Assembly (NCBI GenBank): GCA_030390025.1
Contig: CM059429.1
Coordinates: forward strand, 147,188,001-147,252,000
DNA length: 64,000 nt
DNA from: Squalus acanthias
Taxonomy: Eukaryota
Direction: 5' to 3'
The position numbers and the translations under genes are program-made. The notes under the pieces were generated by a model. It made no database searches, was not told the DNA's origin, and was given only the letters and a program-made list of their open reading frames with translations. Positions 1 through 12,830 of this stretch are shown piece by piece. Every line of letters starts with the position of its first letter. Position 1 is the first letter of the stretch.

Positions 1-124
1 GTTTGGTTCAGTTTTGATGTATTCTAATGTTCAGGTGGTTTTATTACAATATTTTTTGTGAGAATCATAATTCATACAATACTAATAGTGGGGGAAAGTT
101 GCTTAACTCTCTTCTGGTCAACAG

Positions 125-188
125 GGCTGCCAAGGAGGCTAAGAAGGCCAAAGCTGCAACAAAGAAAGTCAGTGCGCCTACAACTAAG
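125..188 (+). CDS. RPL24: 60S ribosomal protein L24, penultimate coding exon (gene starts upstream of the window)
   Basis: AG acceptor 123-124 and GT donor 189-190. Encodes (R)AAKEAKKAKAATKKVSAPTTK, matching the vertebrate eL24 C-terminal AAKEAKKAK segment. Confidence 0.95.
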
Positions 189-1499
189 GTAGTGAACCAG
201 ATACAACTCTTTGAATTGCTGTTCTAACTATTGGAAGTTCATTTGTTTCAGATAAAAACATTCAAAACCAAATAGCAATAAATATGAAATGTCTACATTT
301 CAATGTCTGTAAAACTTTAGTATTAATAGGAGCAAGATGTAATTATTGGTCCAAGTGTTAAGTTGTGTAAAATTAATGTCTTCTGGGACATTTCTCCAGG
401 ACAAAAACTCTTTATTTAAAACTGATAGATATAATTAAATTGAAGGAAAGAAGGGGGCAACCAATGATTAGATGGTAACCTTTATATCTGGCATTAATGC
501 AGTTACATCCTATAACCAACAATTGAGCTGTTTATGAATAAGCTCCAAGGAAAAGAACGAGCAGTACCACTTGGGCCCTCTGGGCACACTTTAATCTACA
601 ATTTTCATATCCTAACAATTAGAACATGACCTCAATCACCAGATGAGACTTTCTCCAATAGAACATACCATGTTCAGTGTAGAATTTGGTCAACTTAAAA
701 AAAAAAAATTTTAAAAAATTACGGCTACAGTACAATGGAAGGGGAGATTTATTCTATAACTGATTGTGTTCTTCAAGTCTAATGAGGTATTGTGGATTGC
801 ACTTTGGATGAAAGCTAAAATTACCGAATGTACCATAAGTAGAGTGTTTCAATTGAGATCTAGCTGTGTTTTGAATAGGTTGGTCAGAAAGCCTAGTGGT
901 AGTTTCTGTATTGCATGACATTAGAAGAAGAGATCAAAAATAATATAAAGATATTTAAGATAGACAGGGGGGAGATAATTGATAAACTAATCAAACTTGG
1001 AGAGGATAAACCCCTAATCTGGATGGATTGCATCCATTCATATTTAAAGAAGTTTGGGAAGAGATAGCAGAGGCACTACTATATATTATAAAAAATCATT
1101 AGAAAAGGGAATAGTGCCAGAGGACTGGCGGACATGACAGCTAATGTGTTTCCTATTTTTAAAAAGGGAGATGGGACAAGTCCAGGAACTATAGACCAAT
1201 TAGCTTAATGTCGGTGGTAGGAAAAATAATGGAATCCTTACTCAAAGATGTAATAGAAAAACATCTAGAAACTGAAAATATAAGAGTAGTCGGCATGGGT
1301 TCCAAACGGGAAGGTCATGGTTGACCAACCTTGTTGAATTCTTTTGAAATAGTAACAATAAGGGTAATGCAGTGGACATAATATATTTGGATATCCAAAA
1401 AGCCTTCAATAAGATCCCGTATAGTAGACTCATTATTTAAGGTCAGAACGTGTGGAGTCAGGGGACAAGTAGCAGAATGGATAGCAAGCTGGCAACAGA

Positions 1500-1965
1500 A
1501 CAATAACTTGCATTTCTATAGCGCCTTTAACGTAGTAAAACGTCCACGGTGCTTCATAGCGTTATGAAACAAAATTTGACACTGAATCACATGCGGGGAT
1601 ATTGGGGCAGATTGATTAGAGGTAGGTTTTAAGGAGTGTCTTAAAGAAGGAAAGTGGCAGAGAGGTTTAGGGAGGGAATTTCAGAGCTTAGGGCCTCAGC
1701 AGCTGATGGCACAGCCCCCAATGGTGGAGCGACTAAAATCGGGGATGCGTAAGAGGCCAGAATTGCAGGAGTGCAGATATCTCAGGGTTGTAGCGCTGCA
1801 GGAGGTTACAGAGATAGTGAGGGATTTGAAAACAAGGGTGAAAATTTTAAAATCGAGGGGAGCCAATAAAGGTCAGTGAGCACGGGGTGTTGAGTGAATC
1901 GGACTTGGTGCGAGTTAGGATACCGGCAGCGGAGTTTTGGATGATAAGTTTGTGCAGGGTGGAAG
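1500..1965 (-). mobile_element. L2-type LINE 3' fragment
   Basis: Begins with the reverse of the L2 tail (aacttgcatttctatagcgcctttaacgtagtaaaa). Similar to copies at 38141 and 52800-52866. Confidence 0.75.
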
Positions 1966-2132
1966 ATGGGGGGAAAGGGTAGGGGTTAGAGGTGGTTACT
2001 CAGATTGGCAAATCGTGGGAAGTGGTGTTCGACACTGTTCACCACTTACATAAACAATTTGGCCTCGGGAATCGGGAGTATAATTTCAAAATTTGCGGAT
2101 GACACCAAATTTGGGTGGTTGGTAATAGAGGA

Positions 2133-3500
2133 GTCATAGAGTCATAACGGCACAGAAGGAGGCCATTCAGCCCATAGAGTCCGTGCCAGTTTGCTGTAGA
2201 GCAATCCAATCAGTCCCATTCCCCCGCTCTATCCCCGTAGCCCTGCAAGTTTATTTCCCTCAAGTGCCTATCCAGTCTCCCCTTGAAAACATTGAGTGTC
2301 TCCGCTTCCACCACTTCCGTCGGCAGCGAGTTCCAGGTCCTCACCACTCGCTGCGTAAAAGTTTTTCCTCACGTTCCCCCTGTATCTCTTGCCCAAAACC
2401 TTAAATCTGTGTCCCCTAGTCCTTGTACCATCAACTAGTGGGAACAGCCTTTCCCTGTCTAGCCTATCCAAACCCGTCATAATCTTGTACACCTCTATCA
2501 AATCACCCCTCAACCTCCTTTGCTCTAATGAAAACAAATCCAGCTTTTCCAACCTGTCCTTGTAGCTAAGATCCCCCATCCCCGGAACCATTCTGGTAAA
2601 TCTCCTCTGCACCCTCTCAAGGGCCTTCACATCCTTCCTAAAGTGTGGCGACCAGAACTGGACGCAAACATCCAGTTGTGGCCTAACCAGCGCTTTATAA
2701 AGGTTCAGCATAACTTCTCTACTTTTGTACTCAATACCTCTATTTATGAAGCCTAAGATCCCAAATGCTTTGTTAACCACTCTCTCAATATGTCCTGCCA
2801 CCTTCAGGGACCTATGCACATTAACTCCCAGGTCCCTCTGTCCCTACACACTCTTTAAAACTGTGCCATTAAGTGTATATTGCCTCTCCCTGTTCCTTCT
2901 GCCAAAATGCATCACCTCGCACTTCTCTGTGTTAAATTCCATCTGCCACTTGTCTGCCCATTCTGCTAGCCTTTCTATGTCCTGTTGCAGTCGATTGGTA
3001 TCATCATCACTGTTTGCCACACCCCCAAGTTTGGTGTCATCGGTAAATTTAGAAATTCTACTCTGTATTCCAATATCCAGGTCATTTTATATCAAAAAAA
3101 GCAGTGGCCCCAGCACTGACCCTTGGGGAACACCACTGTCTACCATCCTCCAGTCTGAAAAACAGCCATTTATCACAACTCGCTTGTTTCTGTCTTTAAG
3201 CCAATTCCTTATCCAAGCTGCCACTGACCCACCTATTCTGTGAGCCTCAATTTTGTTAACCAGCCTTCTATGTGGTACTTTGGCAAACGCCTTCCTAAAA
3301 TCCATGTAGACAACATCTATTGCATTCCCTTCATCAATCCTCTGTTACTTCATCAAAAAATTCATTAGATTGTCAAACACGATCTGCCTTTCACAAATCC
3401 GTGTTGGCTCTGCTTAATTAGCTTAAACCTCTCCAAGTGCCCGTTAATTTTTTTCTTGATTATTGTTTCTAAAACTTTACCCACCACTGATGTTAAACTG
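2133..3500 (-). mobile_element. CR1-type LINE 3' fragment nested in an older CR1
   Basis: ORFs 3087-3305 ([13 protein letters not shown]) and 2268-2819 (YKALVRPQL..VQFWSP..LERVQRRFT), with a (tcatagag)n microsatellite tail at 2133. Confidence 0.9.
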
Positions 3501-4435
3501 GAGGACTGGGAGGGGGGGGGGGAATGCAGTACGATATTAATAAACTTGCAGAGTGGATGTGTAAAATGAACTTCAATATAGATGTGAGTAGATTTTGTTA
3601 GGAAGAATGAGGCCACATACTCCTTGCGTGAAAATAAGTGTCTAAATGTGGTAGAGGAACAGAGGGATCTGAGGGTACAGATACACAAATCACTAAAAGT
3701 AGCAATGCAGGTTAATGAGGCCATTTAAAAAAAAAGCAAACTAAGCACTGGGTTTCATTTCTAGAGGGATAGAATTGAAAAGCAGAGAAGTTGTGTTAAA
3801 CTTGTATAGACCACACTTGAAGTAATGTGAACAGTCTGGTCTCCATATTATAAGTATATAGAGGTACTGGAGAAGGTGCATAAAGGACTTACTAGAATGA
3901 TACCAGAACTGAGAGGTTATATCCAAATGGGAAAGATTGAACTGGTTGGGGCTCTTTTGTCTAGAAAAGAGAAGACTGGGTGGGGGGGGGGTGGTGTAAT
4001 GACCTGATGGAGGTCTTTAAGATTATGAAAGGGTTTGATAGGGTAGACGTAAAGAAGATGTTTCCACTTGCAGGCGAGACTAGAACTACGGGCCATAAAT
4101 ATAAGATAGTCACTAATAAATCCAAAAGGAAATTCAGGAGAAATGTCTTTACCCAGAGTGGTTAGAATGTGGAACGCGTTGCCACAAGGAGTAGTTGAGG
4201 CAAATAGCATAGATGCATTTAAGGGAAGCTAGATAAGCATATGAGGGAGAAAGGAAAAGAATATGTTGATGGAATTAGATGAAGGGTGGGAGGAGGCTCA
4301 TGCGGAGCATGGACCTGTTGGGCCGAATGGCCTGTTTCTGTGTTGTAATTACTTTGTAATATAGATTCTAGAATCCGTATACATTTATTATAACTCTTCA
4401 GGATTTTCACTTCATGAATGTTTTTATGTTTCTAG

Positions 4436-4516
4436 GCTGCTCAGAAGACAGCACCCAAACAGAAATTTGCTAAGCCAATGAAGACTCAGGCTCCACGTGT
4501 TGGTGGAAAACGCTAA
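4436..4516 (+). CDS. RPL24: 60S ribosomal protein L24, last coding exon
   Basis: Polypyrimidine tract plus AG at 4434-4435. Encodes AAQKTAPKQKFAKPMKTQAPRVGGKR-stop, and APRVGGKR is the canonical eL24 C-terminus. In frame with exon 125-188. Confidence 0.96.
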   Translation, partial: AAQKTAPKQKFAKPMKTQAPRVGGKR

Positions 4517-4543
4517 AGATCATACAGTTAAATATTGATGTAT

Positions 4544-4560
4544 AATAAAGCCTGAATAAA
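4544..4560 (+). terminator. RPL24 polyadenylation signals (two AATAAA)
   Basis: AATAAA at 4544-4549 and 4555-4560, followed by a GT/T-rich element (gtgttttttgtgtct). The short 3' UTR is typical of ribosomal protein genes. Confidence 0.85.
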
Positions 4561-5261
4561 ATTCAGTGTTTTTTGTGTCTTCCCATTTCAACCAAAAGTT
4601 AACTTGACTGCATCGTAGGAACTGTGTGAATATCCTAGCAGATGTTCATTGTGTTGCACAAAGGGGAGAATTATCTTGTAGCAGTCATAGGAGAGAGTGT
4701 TGCAGTTGATGCTAACCTCATTTGATGATGAGCACTTCCACTGGAGGTAATTATATAGCGATCAGGAGTAAGAGCCCTATCCAACCTTTACTCTTTATCC
4801 CCCACCCCACCCTCTCATCCACCCCCACCCAAACCTAGGGCTGTTGAGGCCAATTTAATGCTGCTATAGCTAAGCAAAGACTGGGGATCAAAGCTGGATA
4901 CTTGGTGCTCTGTATGGCTCAGCTACAGACAGCATAAACTCACCTGAGAAAGGGAGGTAGAAGTCATCTACTTGCATCATAGATGTTTGAGCTAGGAGAT
5001 TTAAGTTTAAATCCTAGTTTTAAATGGATTTTGCTATTGGACTTAACTGTGGGCATTATTGCTTGAAGCAGCAAGTACCCAAAGATTATACTTCAGCTTT
5101 AACAGCATTTCATACACTTCAGGTTTAATATCACCCAAGATTTTCTATAAGCTCTTGAAAGTGCTCATTATTTGTGCTTGGCTCTGTGATAAGTGAACGG
5201 GATTTGGGATATGTACTTGAGCTTGGACCAATCCCTGGGTATGACAATCTCAAGCTCCTGC

Positions 5262-6110
5262 TCGATACAAAGTTAGGTGGGAAAGTAAGCTGTGAAGAGT
5301 CTGCAAAGGGATATGGACAGGTTAAGTGAGTGGGCAAGAACATGGCAGATGGAATATAATGTGGTGAAATATGAAGTTAACCACTTTGGTAGGGAAAATA
5401 GAAAAGCGGAATATTTTTTAAATGGTGAGAGACTGAGAAATGTTGGTGTTAAGAAGGACTTGGGTGTCCTGTACACGAATCACAGAAAGTTAACATGCGG
5501 GTACAGCAAGCAATTAGGAAAGCAAATGGTATGTTAGCTTTTATTACAAAGAGATTGGTGTAGAAGAGTAAACAAGTATTACTACAGTTATATAGGGCCT
5601 TGATGAGACCACACCTGGAGTTCTGTGTACAGTTTTGGTCTTACCTAAGGAAGTATATACTTGCTTTTGAGGGAGTGCAATGAAGGTTCACCAGACTGAT
5701 TCCTGGGATGAGCAGATTGTCCTGAGGTGAAATTGAGTAGACTGGGCTTATATTGCCTCGAGTTTAGAAGAATGAGGGGTGATCTCATTGAAACAAAATT
5801 CTTAAGGGGCTTGACAGGATACATGTTGGGAAGATGTCTAACCTGGCTGGGGACTCTGGAACTAGGGGTCAGCCATTTAGGACTGAGAAGAGGTAGATTT
5901 CTTCACTCAAAGGGTTGTCAATCTTTGGAATTCTCTACCCCAGAGAGCTGTGGATACTCAGTCATTGAGTATGTTCAAGACAAAGATCGCTCAGATTTTT
6001 GGATAGTAAGGGATATGGGGATATTGTGGGAAGGTGATATTGAGGTAGATCAGCCATGATCTTCCTGAATGGCAGAGCAGGATCAAATGGCCTATTCCTG
6101 CTCCTATGTT
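5262..6110 (+). mobile_element. CR1-type LINE 3' fragment
   Basis: LQRDMDRLSEWARTWQMEYN and EFRRMRGDLIE motifs, then the CR1 tail ...tggcctattcctgctcctatgtt. Confidence 0.85.
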
Positions 6111-6709
6111 GCTAATGGAATGTCTACTCAAAAGATGCCAGACCATCAATGCTTATTTTCTCCAGCAAAGGATAATGGAATTCTATCACATCAGCTTCTA
6201 TACAGCAAGTGAATCCTATAGCAATTTTCCACTTCACAAGCTAGGTTTGCATGAAGGTCCTTCAGCTCATTTTTATCTCCTTCCAAAATACCAACCCCAC
6301 CACTTTGTTAATATATCTAATTATTAGTGTCCTGGCCACAACTACTCTACCTGCCAGTATTGCTGTTGAGAACCCTCTAAAGAAATTATTCTTGACAACT
6401 ACCCTTAGCCTGCTGCCCTTGCATTTGAAAAAATACTGGGTTTACTTTCTTGATCCTGTACAGTATCGTGTGTTGTGAGAAGCCCTCGTATCTTTTTGAG
6501 GCTTAAGGGACTCAGTTAATAAACTTGTTCTGACATGGGATCACCTTTATTGTGCTCTGCACAGTCTCTGGGACTAGATAGTTCCCCCTTGTAGCTACTA
6601 GAATTGTATGCAATATCCCAGGTGTGGGCTTTAGCATGATCTCTAGGGATTTAAACTTGATATAAAGACTATGACTATCTCCAACAAACGAGAGTCTAAA
6701 CACCGCCCC

Positions 6710-7345
6710 TTGCCAGTCAATGGCATTACCATCACTGAATCCCCCACCATCAACATCCTGGGGGGGTCACCATTGACCAGAAACTTAACTGAACCAGCCA
6801 CATAAATACTGTGGCAACAAGAGGTCAGAGGCTAGGTATTCTGCTGCGAGTGTCTCACCTGCTGACTCCCTAAAGCCTTTCTACCATCTACAAGGCACAA
6901 GTAAGGAGTGTAATGGAATACTCTCCACTTGCCTGGATGAGTGCAGCTCCAGCAACACTCAAGAAGCTCGACACCATCCAGGACAAAGCAGCCCGCTTGA
7001 TTGGCACCCCCTCTACCACCTTAAACATTCACTCCCTCCACCATCGGCGTACCGTGGCTACAGTGTACCATCTACAAGATGTACTGCAGCAACTCCCAAT
7101 CCCGTGACCTCTTCCACCTAGAAGGACATGGGCACACACCATCCTGACTTAAAACTTTATCCCCGATCCTTCATCGTCGCTGGGTCAAAATCCTGGAACT
7201 CCCTAACAGCGCTGTCGGAGTACCTTCACCACACGGACTGTAGCGGTACAAGAAGGCGGCTCACCACCACCTTCTCATGGGCAATAAATACTGGCCCTGC
7301 CAATGACACCCACATCCCATAAAAACAAATAAAATAAAAATAATG
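6710..7345 (+). mobile_element. Non-LTR retrotransposon (CR1/L2-group) 3' fragment
   Basis: RT C-terminal peptide MEYSPLAWMSAAPATLKKLDTIQDKAARLI and an A-rich tail at 7321-7341. The same tail appears reversed at about 21350. Confidence 0.7.
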
Positions 7346-7436
7346 CTGCATCCTATTTCCTTTGTTTATTGCTAAATCACTGTTCAGACATGGGAAGCAA
7401 TGAGTCCACCAGCACCTCTACTCTATTTTATTCCCT

Positions 7437-8236
7437 TTAGTTTATTTTTGTTTCAAAAACATACTTTATTCATAAAAATTTGTTCAAGTACATTACAATA
7501 CAGTCCACATCACATTTCATGTGGTACAATACAACATGGCACTTAATTTACAGACAAACTGCAATACATTTTCATTACACATTTCAATACTTGTTAAAAT
7601 ATTACAATACAATCCACAGATCATATTACATATGGCATAACAGATGAATGCAGTACATGGTACTCTATTTACACAAACAGATTACAAGTACATTTTCATT
7701 AAGCCATTTCTGCATCATACAGTCCGAGGGGGGTTTTACACTGGTTCCAGCCCCTCAGTGTACAGTGGCGGGAGGGCCTTAAACTGTGGCCTTTCCCCAA
7801 CGTGCCTTTGCGGCGGTGGCACCAACCTTTAGCGCATCCCCCAGCATGTACTCCTGGACCTTGGAATATGCCAGTCTGCAACACTCGGCCGTGGACAACT
7901 CCTTACACTGGAAGACCAGCAAGTTCCGGGCAGACCAAAGGGCGTCTTTCACCGAGTTGATGATCTTCCAGCAGCAGTTGATGTTTGTCTCAGTGTGCGT
8001 CCCTGGGAACAGTCCGTAGAGCACAGAGTCCTGTGTTATGGAGCTGCTCGGGATGAACCTCGACAAAGACCACTGCATCTCTTTCCAGACCTTCTTTGCA
8101 AAGGCACATTCCAGAAGGAGATGGATGACGGTCTCATCCCAACCGCAGCCTCCTCGAGGACAGCGTGCGGTGGAGCAGAGACGCCGGGAGTGCATGAAGG
8201 ATCTGATGGGGAGGGCCCTTCTCACCACCAGCTAAG
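7437..8236 (-). mobile_element. L1/Tx1-clade LINE 3' end
   Basis: ORF 7779-8228 has the zinc-knuckle CPRGGCGWDETVIHLLLEC..VW and WSARN motifs of the L1/Tx1 ORF2 C-terminus. A reverse AATAAA and a T-rich tail lie near 7440-7470. Confidence 0.85.
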
Positions 8237-8995
8237 CTACGTCTTGGTGCTTGTTTGTAAGTTCTGGTTTATTCCCTTTAGTTACTCATCCACATCCATG
8301 CATTGTTTGATACCCAGTGACCTTAAGTTAGTTAAGAAATGTCTTCTTGTACTTTATCAAGAGTCCTTTTGAGGTCAAGGTATACAACATGCATTGTCCC
8401 ACATCAATTGGGTTGTGTGAGTTCAAGTATTTTGCTTTTGTTTCAAAAAGTCTAATGTCTGTCAGGCAACTTTGCACATCCCCGTAAGGACAAGATTGGA
8501 ATATGCAGAATCTTAGGTTCAGATCTGCTTGCCATTGCTCGGTCATAGCATCCCTGACTATTCTCCAAACAAGATATTAATTGGGATTGTGGCCCTAAAC
8601 TAAAACTTGGTTTACACTGATTTGATAGTTTCAATAATCTGGAGTTAAGATTAATTTGGATCTTATATTTTGTGCATGGGTAAAGCTGCAGAGAGCAATG
8701 TCACTTGTGTCCAGGCTCATTCTAAACCTTAAAATCCTATATACTGAGTTAACTTATATACGGAGTTAACTAGCTAAACTGAGTTTTTCCAGTCTTTAAT
8801 TCTTGGTTCCTACCCCAGTACTTTTATATTATCCATCATCTTGGGTTCCATGAATACACATTTACTTTTCTCTTAGAGTAAAATAAGGCTGCATATAGTG
8901 ACACCACAAGTCCTGGCCAGAGTAGCGATGATGAAGTAATTACCCTGTCAATCATGCCTGTACATCACCCACTGCAGTCAGTGACTGGTAATTGA

Positions 8996-10100
8996 TTTTA
9001 GGAACAGGAGTCGACCATTTAGCCCCTCAAGCCTGTTCCGCCATTCAATGAGATCACAGCTGATCTGTGACCTAACCCCATATCCCTTAATACCTTTGGT
9101 TAACAAAAATCTATCAATCTCAGATTTAAAATTAACAATTGCCCTAGCATCAACTGCCGTTTGCAGAAGAGAGTTCCAAACATCTACCAGCCTTTGCGTG
9201 TACAAGTGTTTCCTAACTTTACTCCTGAAAGATCTGGCTCTAATTTTTAGGCTATGTCCCCTAATCCTAGACTCTCCAGCTGGCAGAAATAATTTCTATC
9301 TACCCTATCGGTTCCCCTTAATATCTTGAAAACTTAGATCAAATCATCTGCTAATCTTCTAAATTCTAGGGAATACAACCCTAATTTGTGTAATCTCTAC
9401 CTGTAATTTAACCCTTGAAGTCCAGGTATCATTCTTGTAAATCTACGCTACACTCCCTCCTAGGCCAATATATTCTTCCGACAGTGTGGTGCCCAGAACT
9501 GCTCACAGTACTCCAGGTGTGGTCTAACCAGGGCGTTGTATAGCTGTAGCATAACGTCTACCCCTTTGTATTCTAGTCCTCTAGATACAAAGCCCAGCAT
9601 TCCATTAGCCTTTTTGATTATTTTCTGTACCTGTTCATGACCTTTTAATGATCTATGCACATGGACCCCCAAGTGTCTTTGGACCTTCACTGTTTCTAGC
9701 TTTTCATCATTTAGAAAGTATTCTGATCTATCCTTTTTAGGTCCAAAATGGATGACCTCACACTTGCCTGCATTGAAATCCATTTGCCACAGTTTTGCCC
9801 GTTAACTTAATCTATTAATATATTTGTAATTTTATGCTTCCATCTACACTGCCTACAATGCTGCCCATCTTTGTGTCATCGGCAAACTTGGATATGTGAC
9901 TCTCTATCCCATCATCTAAGTCGCTAATAAGTTTAGTGAATATTTGAGGCCCCAACACATCCATACCACTAGTCACATCCTGCCCATTATCCCTACTCTC
10001 TGTTTCCTGCTCCTCAGCCAATTTTCTAGCCAGGTCAATAATTTACCTTCAATTCCATGAGCTTCAACTTTAGCTAACAGTGTCTTATGAGGGACTTCAT
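8996..10100 (-). mobile_element. CR1-type LINE 3' fragment
   Basis: [16 protein letters not shown] and LVRPHLEYCEQFWAP motifs on the minus strand. Confidence 0.85.
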
Positions 10101-10109
10101 CAAGTTACA

Positions 10110-10267
10110 TTGAGTGTACAGCACAGAAACAGGCCATTTGTCACAACTGGTCTATGCCAGCGTTTATGCTCCACACACCCTACTTCATTTGAGTGTACAG
10201 CACAGAAACAGGCCATTTGTCACAACTGGTCTATGCCAGCGTTTATGCTCCACACACCCTACTTCAT
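10110..10267. repeat. Perfect 79-bp tandem duplication
   Basis: 10110-10188 is identical to 10189-10267 (ttgagtgtacagcacagaaacaggcc...tacttcat). It lies in a CR1 3' tail. Confidence 0.95.
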
Positions 10268-10346
10268 CTAACCCTATCAGCATATCCTTCTATTCACCTC
10301 CCTCGTGTAGTTATCTAGCTTCACCTTAAATGCATCTATGCTATTT

Positions 10347-11856
10347 CATAGAATCATAGAATGGTTACAGCATGAAAGAAGGCCAGTCGAGCCCGTGCCG
10401 GCTCTCTGCAAGAGTACCTCAGCTAGTCCCACTCCCCTGCCCATTTCCCGTAGCCCTCCAATTTTTTTTCCTTCAGGTACTTATCCAATTCCCTTTTGAA
10501 AGCCACAATTCAATCTGCCTCCACCACCCTTTCAGGCAGTGCATTCCAGATCCTAACCACTTGCTGCATAAAAAAGTTTTTTCTTATGTCGCCTTTGGTT
10601 CTTTCGCCAATCACCTTAAATCTGTGTCCTCTGGTTCTCGACCCCTCTGCTAATGAGAACAGTTTCTCTCTATCTACTCTGTCCAGACCCCTTATGATTT
10701 TGAACACCTCCATCAAATCTCCTCTCACTCTTTTCTGCTCTAAGGAGAACAACCCCAAATTCTCTAGTCAATCCACGTAACTGAAGTCCCTCATCCCTGG
10801 AATCATTCTTGTAAATCTTTTCTGCACCCTCTCTAAGGCCTTCACATCCTTCCTAAAGTGCGGTGCCCAGAATTGGACACAATACTCCAGTTGAGGCCGA
10901 ACCAGTGTTTTATACAGGTTCATCATAATTTCCACGTTTTTGTACTCTATACCTCTATTTATGAAGCCCAGGATCCCGTAAGCTTTTTTAACTGCTTTCT
11001 CAACCTACCCTGCCACCTTCAATGATTTGTGCACATAAACCCCTCGATCTCTCTGTTCATGCACCCACTTTAGGATTGTACCCTTTAGTTTATATTTTCT
11101 CTCCTCATTCTATCTACCAAAATGTATCACTTCACATTTTTCTGCGTTAAATTTCATCTGCCACGTGTCTGCCCATTCCGCCAGCCTGTCTATGTCCTCT
11201 TGAAGTCTATCACTCTCCTCCTCACTGTTCACTATACTTCCGAGTTTTGTGTCATCTGCAAATTTTGAAATTGTGCCCTGTACACCCACATCCAAGTCAT
11301 TAATATATATCAAGAAAAGCACTGGTCCTAGAACTGACCCCTGGGGAACACCACTATGTACCTTCCTCCAGTCCGAAAAACAACCGTTCACCACTACTCT
11401 CCATTTCCTGTCACTTAGCCAATTTCGTATCTATGCTGGCACTGTCCCTTTTATTCCATGGGCTTCAACTTTGCTGGCAAGCCTATTATGTGGCACTTTA
11501 TTGAATGCCTTTTGGAAATCCATGTACACCACGTCAACCACATTGCCCTCATCAACCCTCTCTGTTACCTCATCAAAAAACTCGATCAAGTTGGTTAAAC
11601 ATGATTTGCCTTCAACAAATCCGTGCTGGCTTTCCTTAATTAATCCACACTTGTCCAAGTGACTTAATTTTGTCCATGATTATTGTTTCTAAAAGCTTCC
11701 CCCCTACCGAGGTTAAACTGACTGGCCTATAGTTGCTGGGTTTATCCTTACACACTTTTTTGAATAAAGGTGTAACATTTGCAATTCTCCAGTCCTCTGG
11801 CACCACCCCTGTTTCTAAGGAGGATTGGAAGATTATGGCCAGTACCTCCACGATTT
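10347..11856 (-). mobile_element. CR1-type LINE nested inside another CR1 3' end (host at 10110-10346 and 11857-12220)
   Basis: RT motifs [30 protein letters not shown] and FADDTK, with a (catagaat)n tail at 10347. The host sequence ctattt|gcctcaact rejoins across the insertion. Confidence 0.9.
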
Positions 11857-12532
11857 GCCTCAACTGCCCCTTGTGGTAATGCGTTCCACATTCTTACTAC
11901 TCTTAGGGTGAAGAAGGTTCTTCAGAATACCCTATAAAATTTATTAGTGACTATCTTATATGTATGATCCCTAGTTTTGGACTCCCCCACAAGTAGAAAC
12001 ATTTTCCCTACGTCTACCCTATGAAACACATTCATTATCATAAAGACCTCCTCCATCAGGTCACCCCTCAGCCCTCTCATTTCTAGAAAAAAACAGCCCC
12101 AGCCTGTTCAATCTTTCCTGATAAGTTTATCGAATGCCTTCTGGAAGTCCATATAAATAACATCCATTGACATTCCCCATCCATTACTTTAGTCACCTCT
12201 TCAAAAAATTCAATCAGGTTTGGCAGGCACATTTCCAGCATTTTCTGTTTTTATTTCAGAATTGCAGCACCTGCTTCTGTTGTTGTTTCTGTTGTGTCAG
12301 CCATGGCTCAGTTGGTAGCACTCTCGCCTTGGAGTCAGTAGGTTGTGGGTTCAGGTGCCACTCCAGCGATTGAGCACAACTTGACCATACTCCATTCCAC
12401 TATTTAGCGAGTGCTGCACTGTCAGAAGTGCCGTCTTTCAGATGAGACGTTAAACCAAGTGCCCTCTCAGATGGACGTAAAAGAGCCTATGGCACTATTT
12501 CTAAGAAGAGCAGGGAAGTTATTCCTGGTAAT

Positions 12533-12830
12533 AACAACAGAAAATGCTGGAAAAACTCAGCAGGCCAGGCAGTATCCGTGGAGAGAGAAACAGAGTTAAC
12601 GTTTCAGGTCAAAGACCTTTCGTCAGAACTGGAAATAGCAGGAAATGAAATAGATTTAAGGCAAGGATAAAGCTAGGAAAAGGGGGAGGGGATAAAAGAA
12701 CAAAAGGAGAGATTAAGAGACATTAAGTGATGATCAAGGCAAGAGGTGGTGTTAATGTGACAGGTTGAGGCTGAAAGAAGTGTGAAATGCACTGGCAGAA
12801 TGAAGGACAGCTGCCAGCATCTAGGAGGGA
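12533..12830 (-). mobile_element. Penelope-like element terminal repeat (pLTR) fragment
   Basis: Its reverse complement matches the 3' terminal region of the Penelope element at 52867-53112. Confidence 0.8.
12594..12630 (-). ncRNA. Minimal hammerhead ribozyme motif (Penelope-associated)
   Basis: The minus strand reads AGTT-CTGACGA-A-AGGTC-ttt-GACCT-GAAA-CG-TT-AACT: conserved core, stem II, palindromic AACGTT stem III and stem I AGTT/AACT. Confidence 0.75.

Larger units (their letters stand above)
940..4360 (+). mobile_element. Old CR1-type LINE 3' half, interrupted by two younger insertions
   Basis: Degenerate RT pieces at 940-1500, 1980-2130 and 3500-4360, including the KFADDTK-coding region near 2090 and YKIVTNKS..FRRNVFTQ, ending in a CR1 3' tail. 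Confidence 0.8.

Noticed and set aside
189-940. Search for an intronic snoRNA in the RPL24 intron
   Set aside because: I found no convincing C/D box pair with a terminal stem and no H/ACA double hairpin by eye. An Infernal/Rfam scan would be needed to exclude one fully.
2725-3243. Recurrent 130-170 aa ORFs antisense to CR1 RT (also 11249-11662 and 59525-59989)
   Set aside because: These are open antisense frames that recur because the same LINE region is repeated. There is no evidence for an independent gene.
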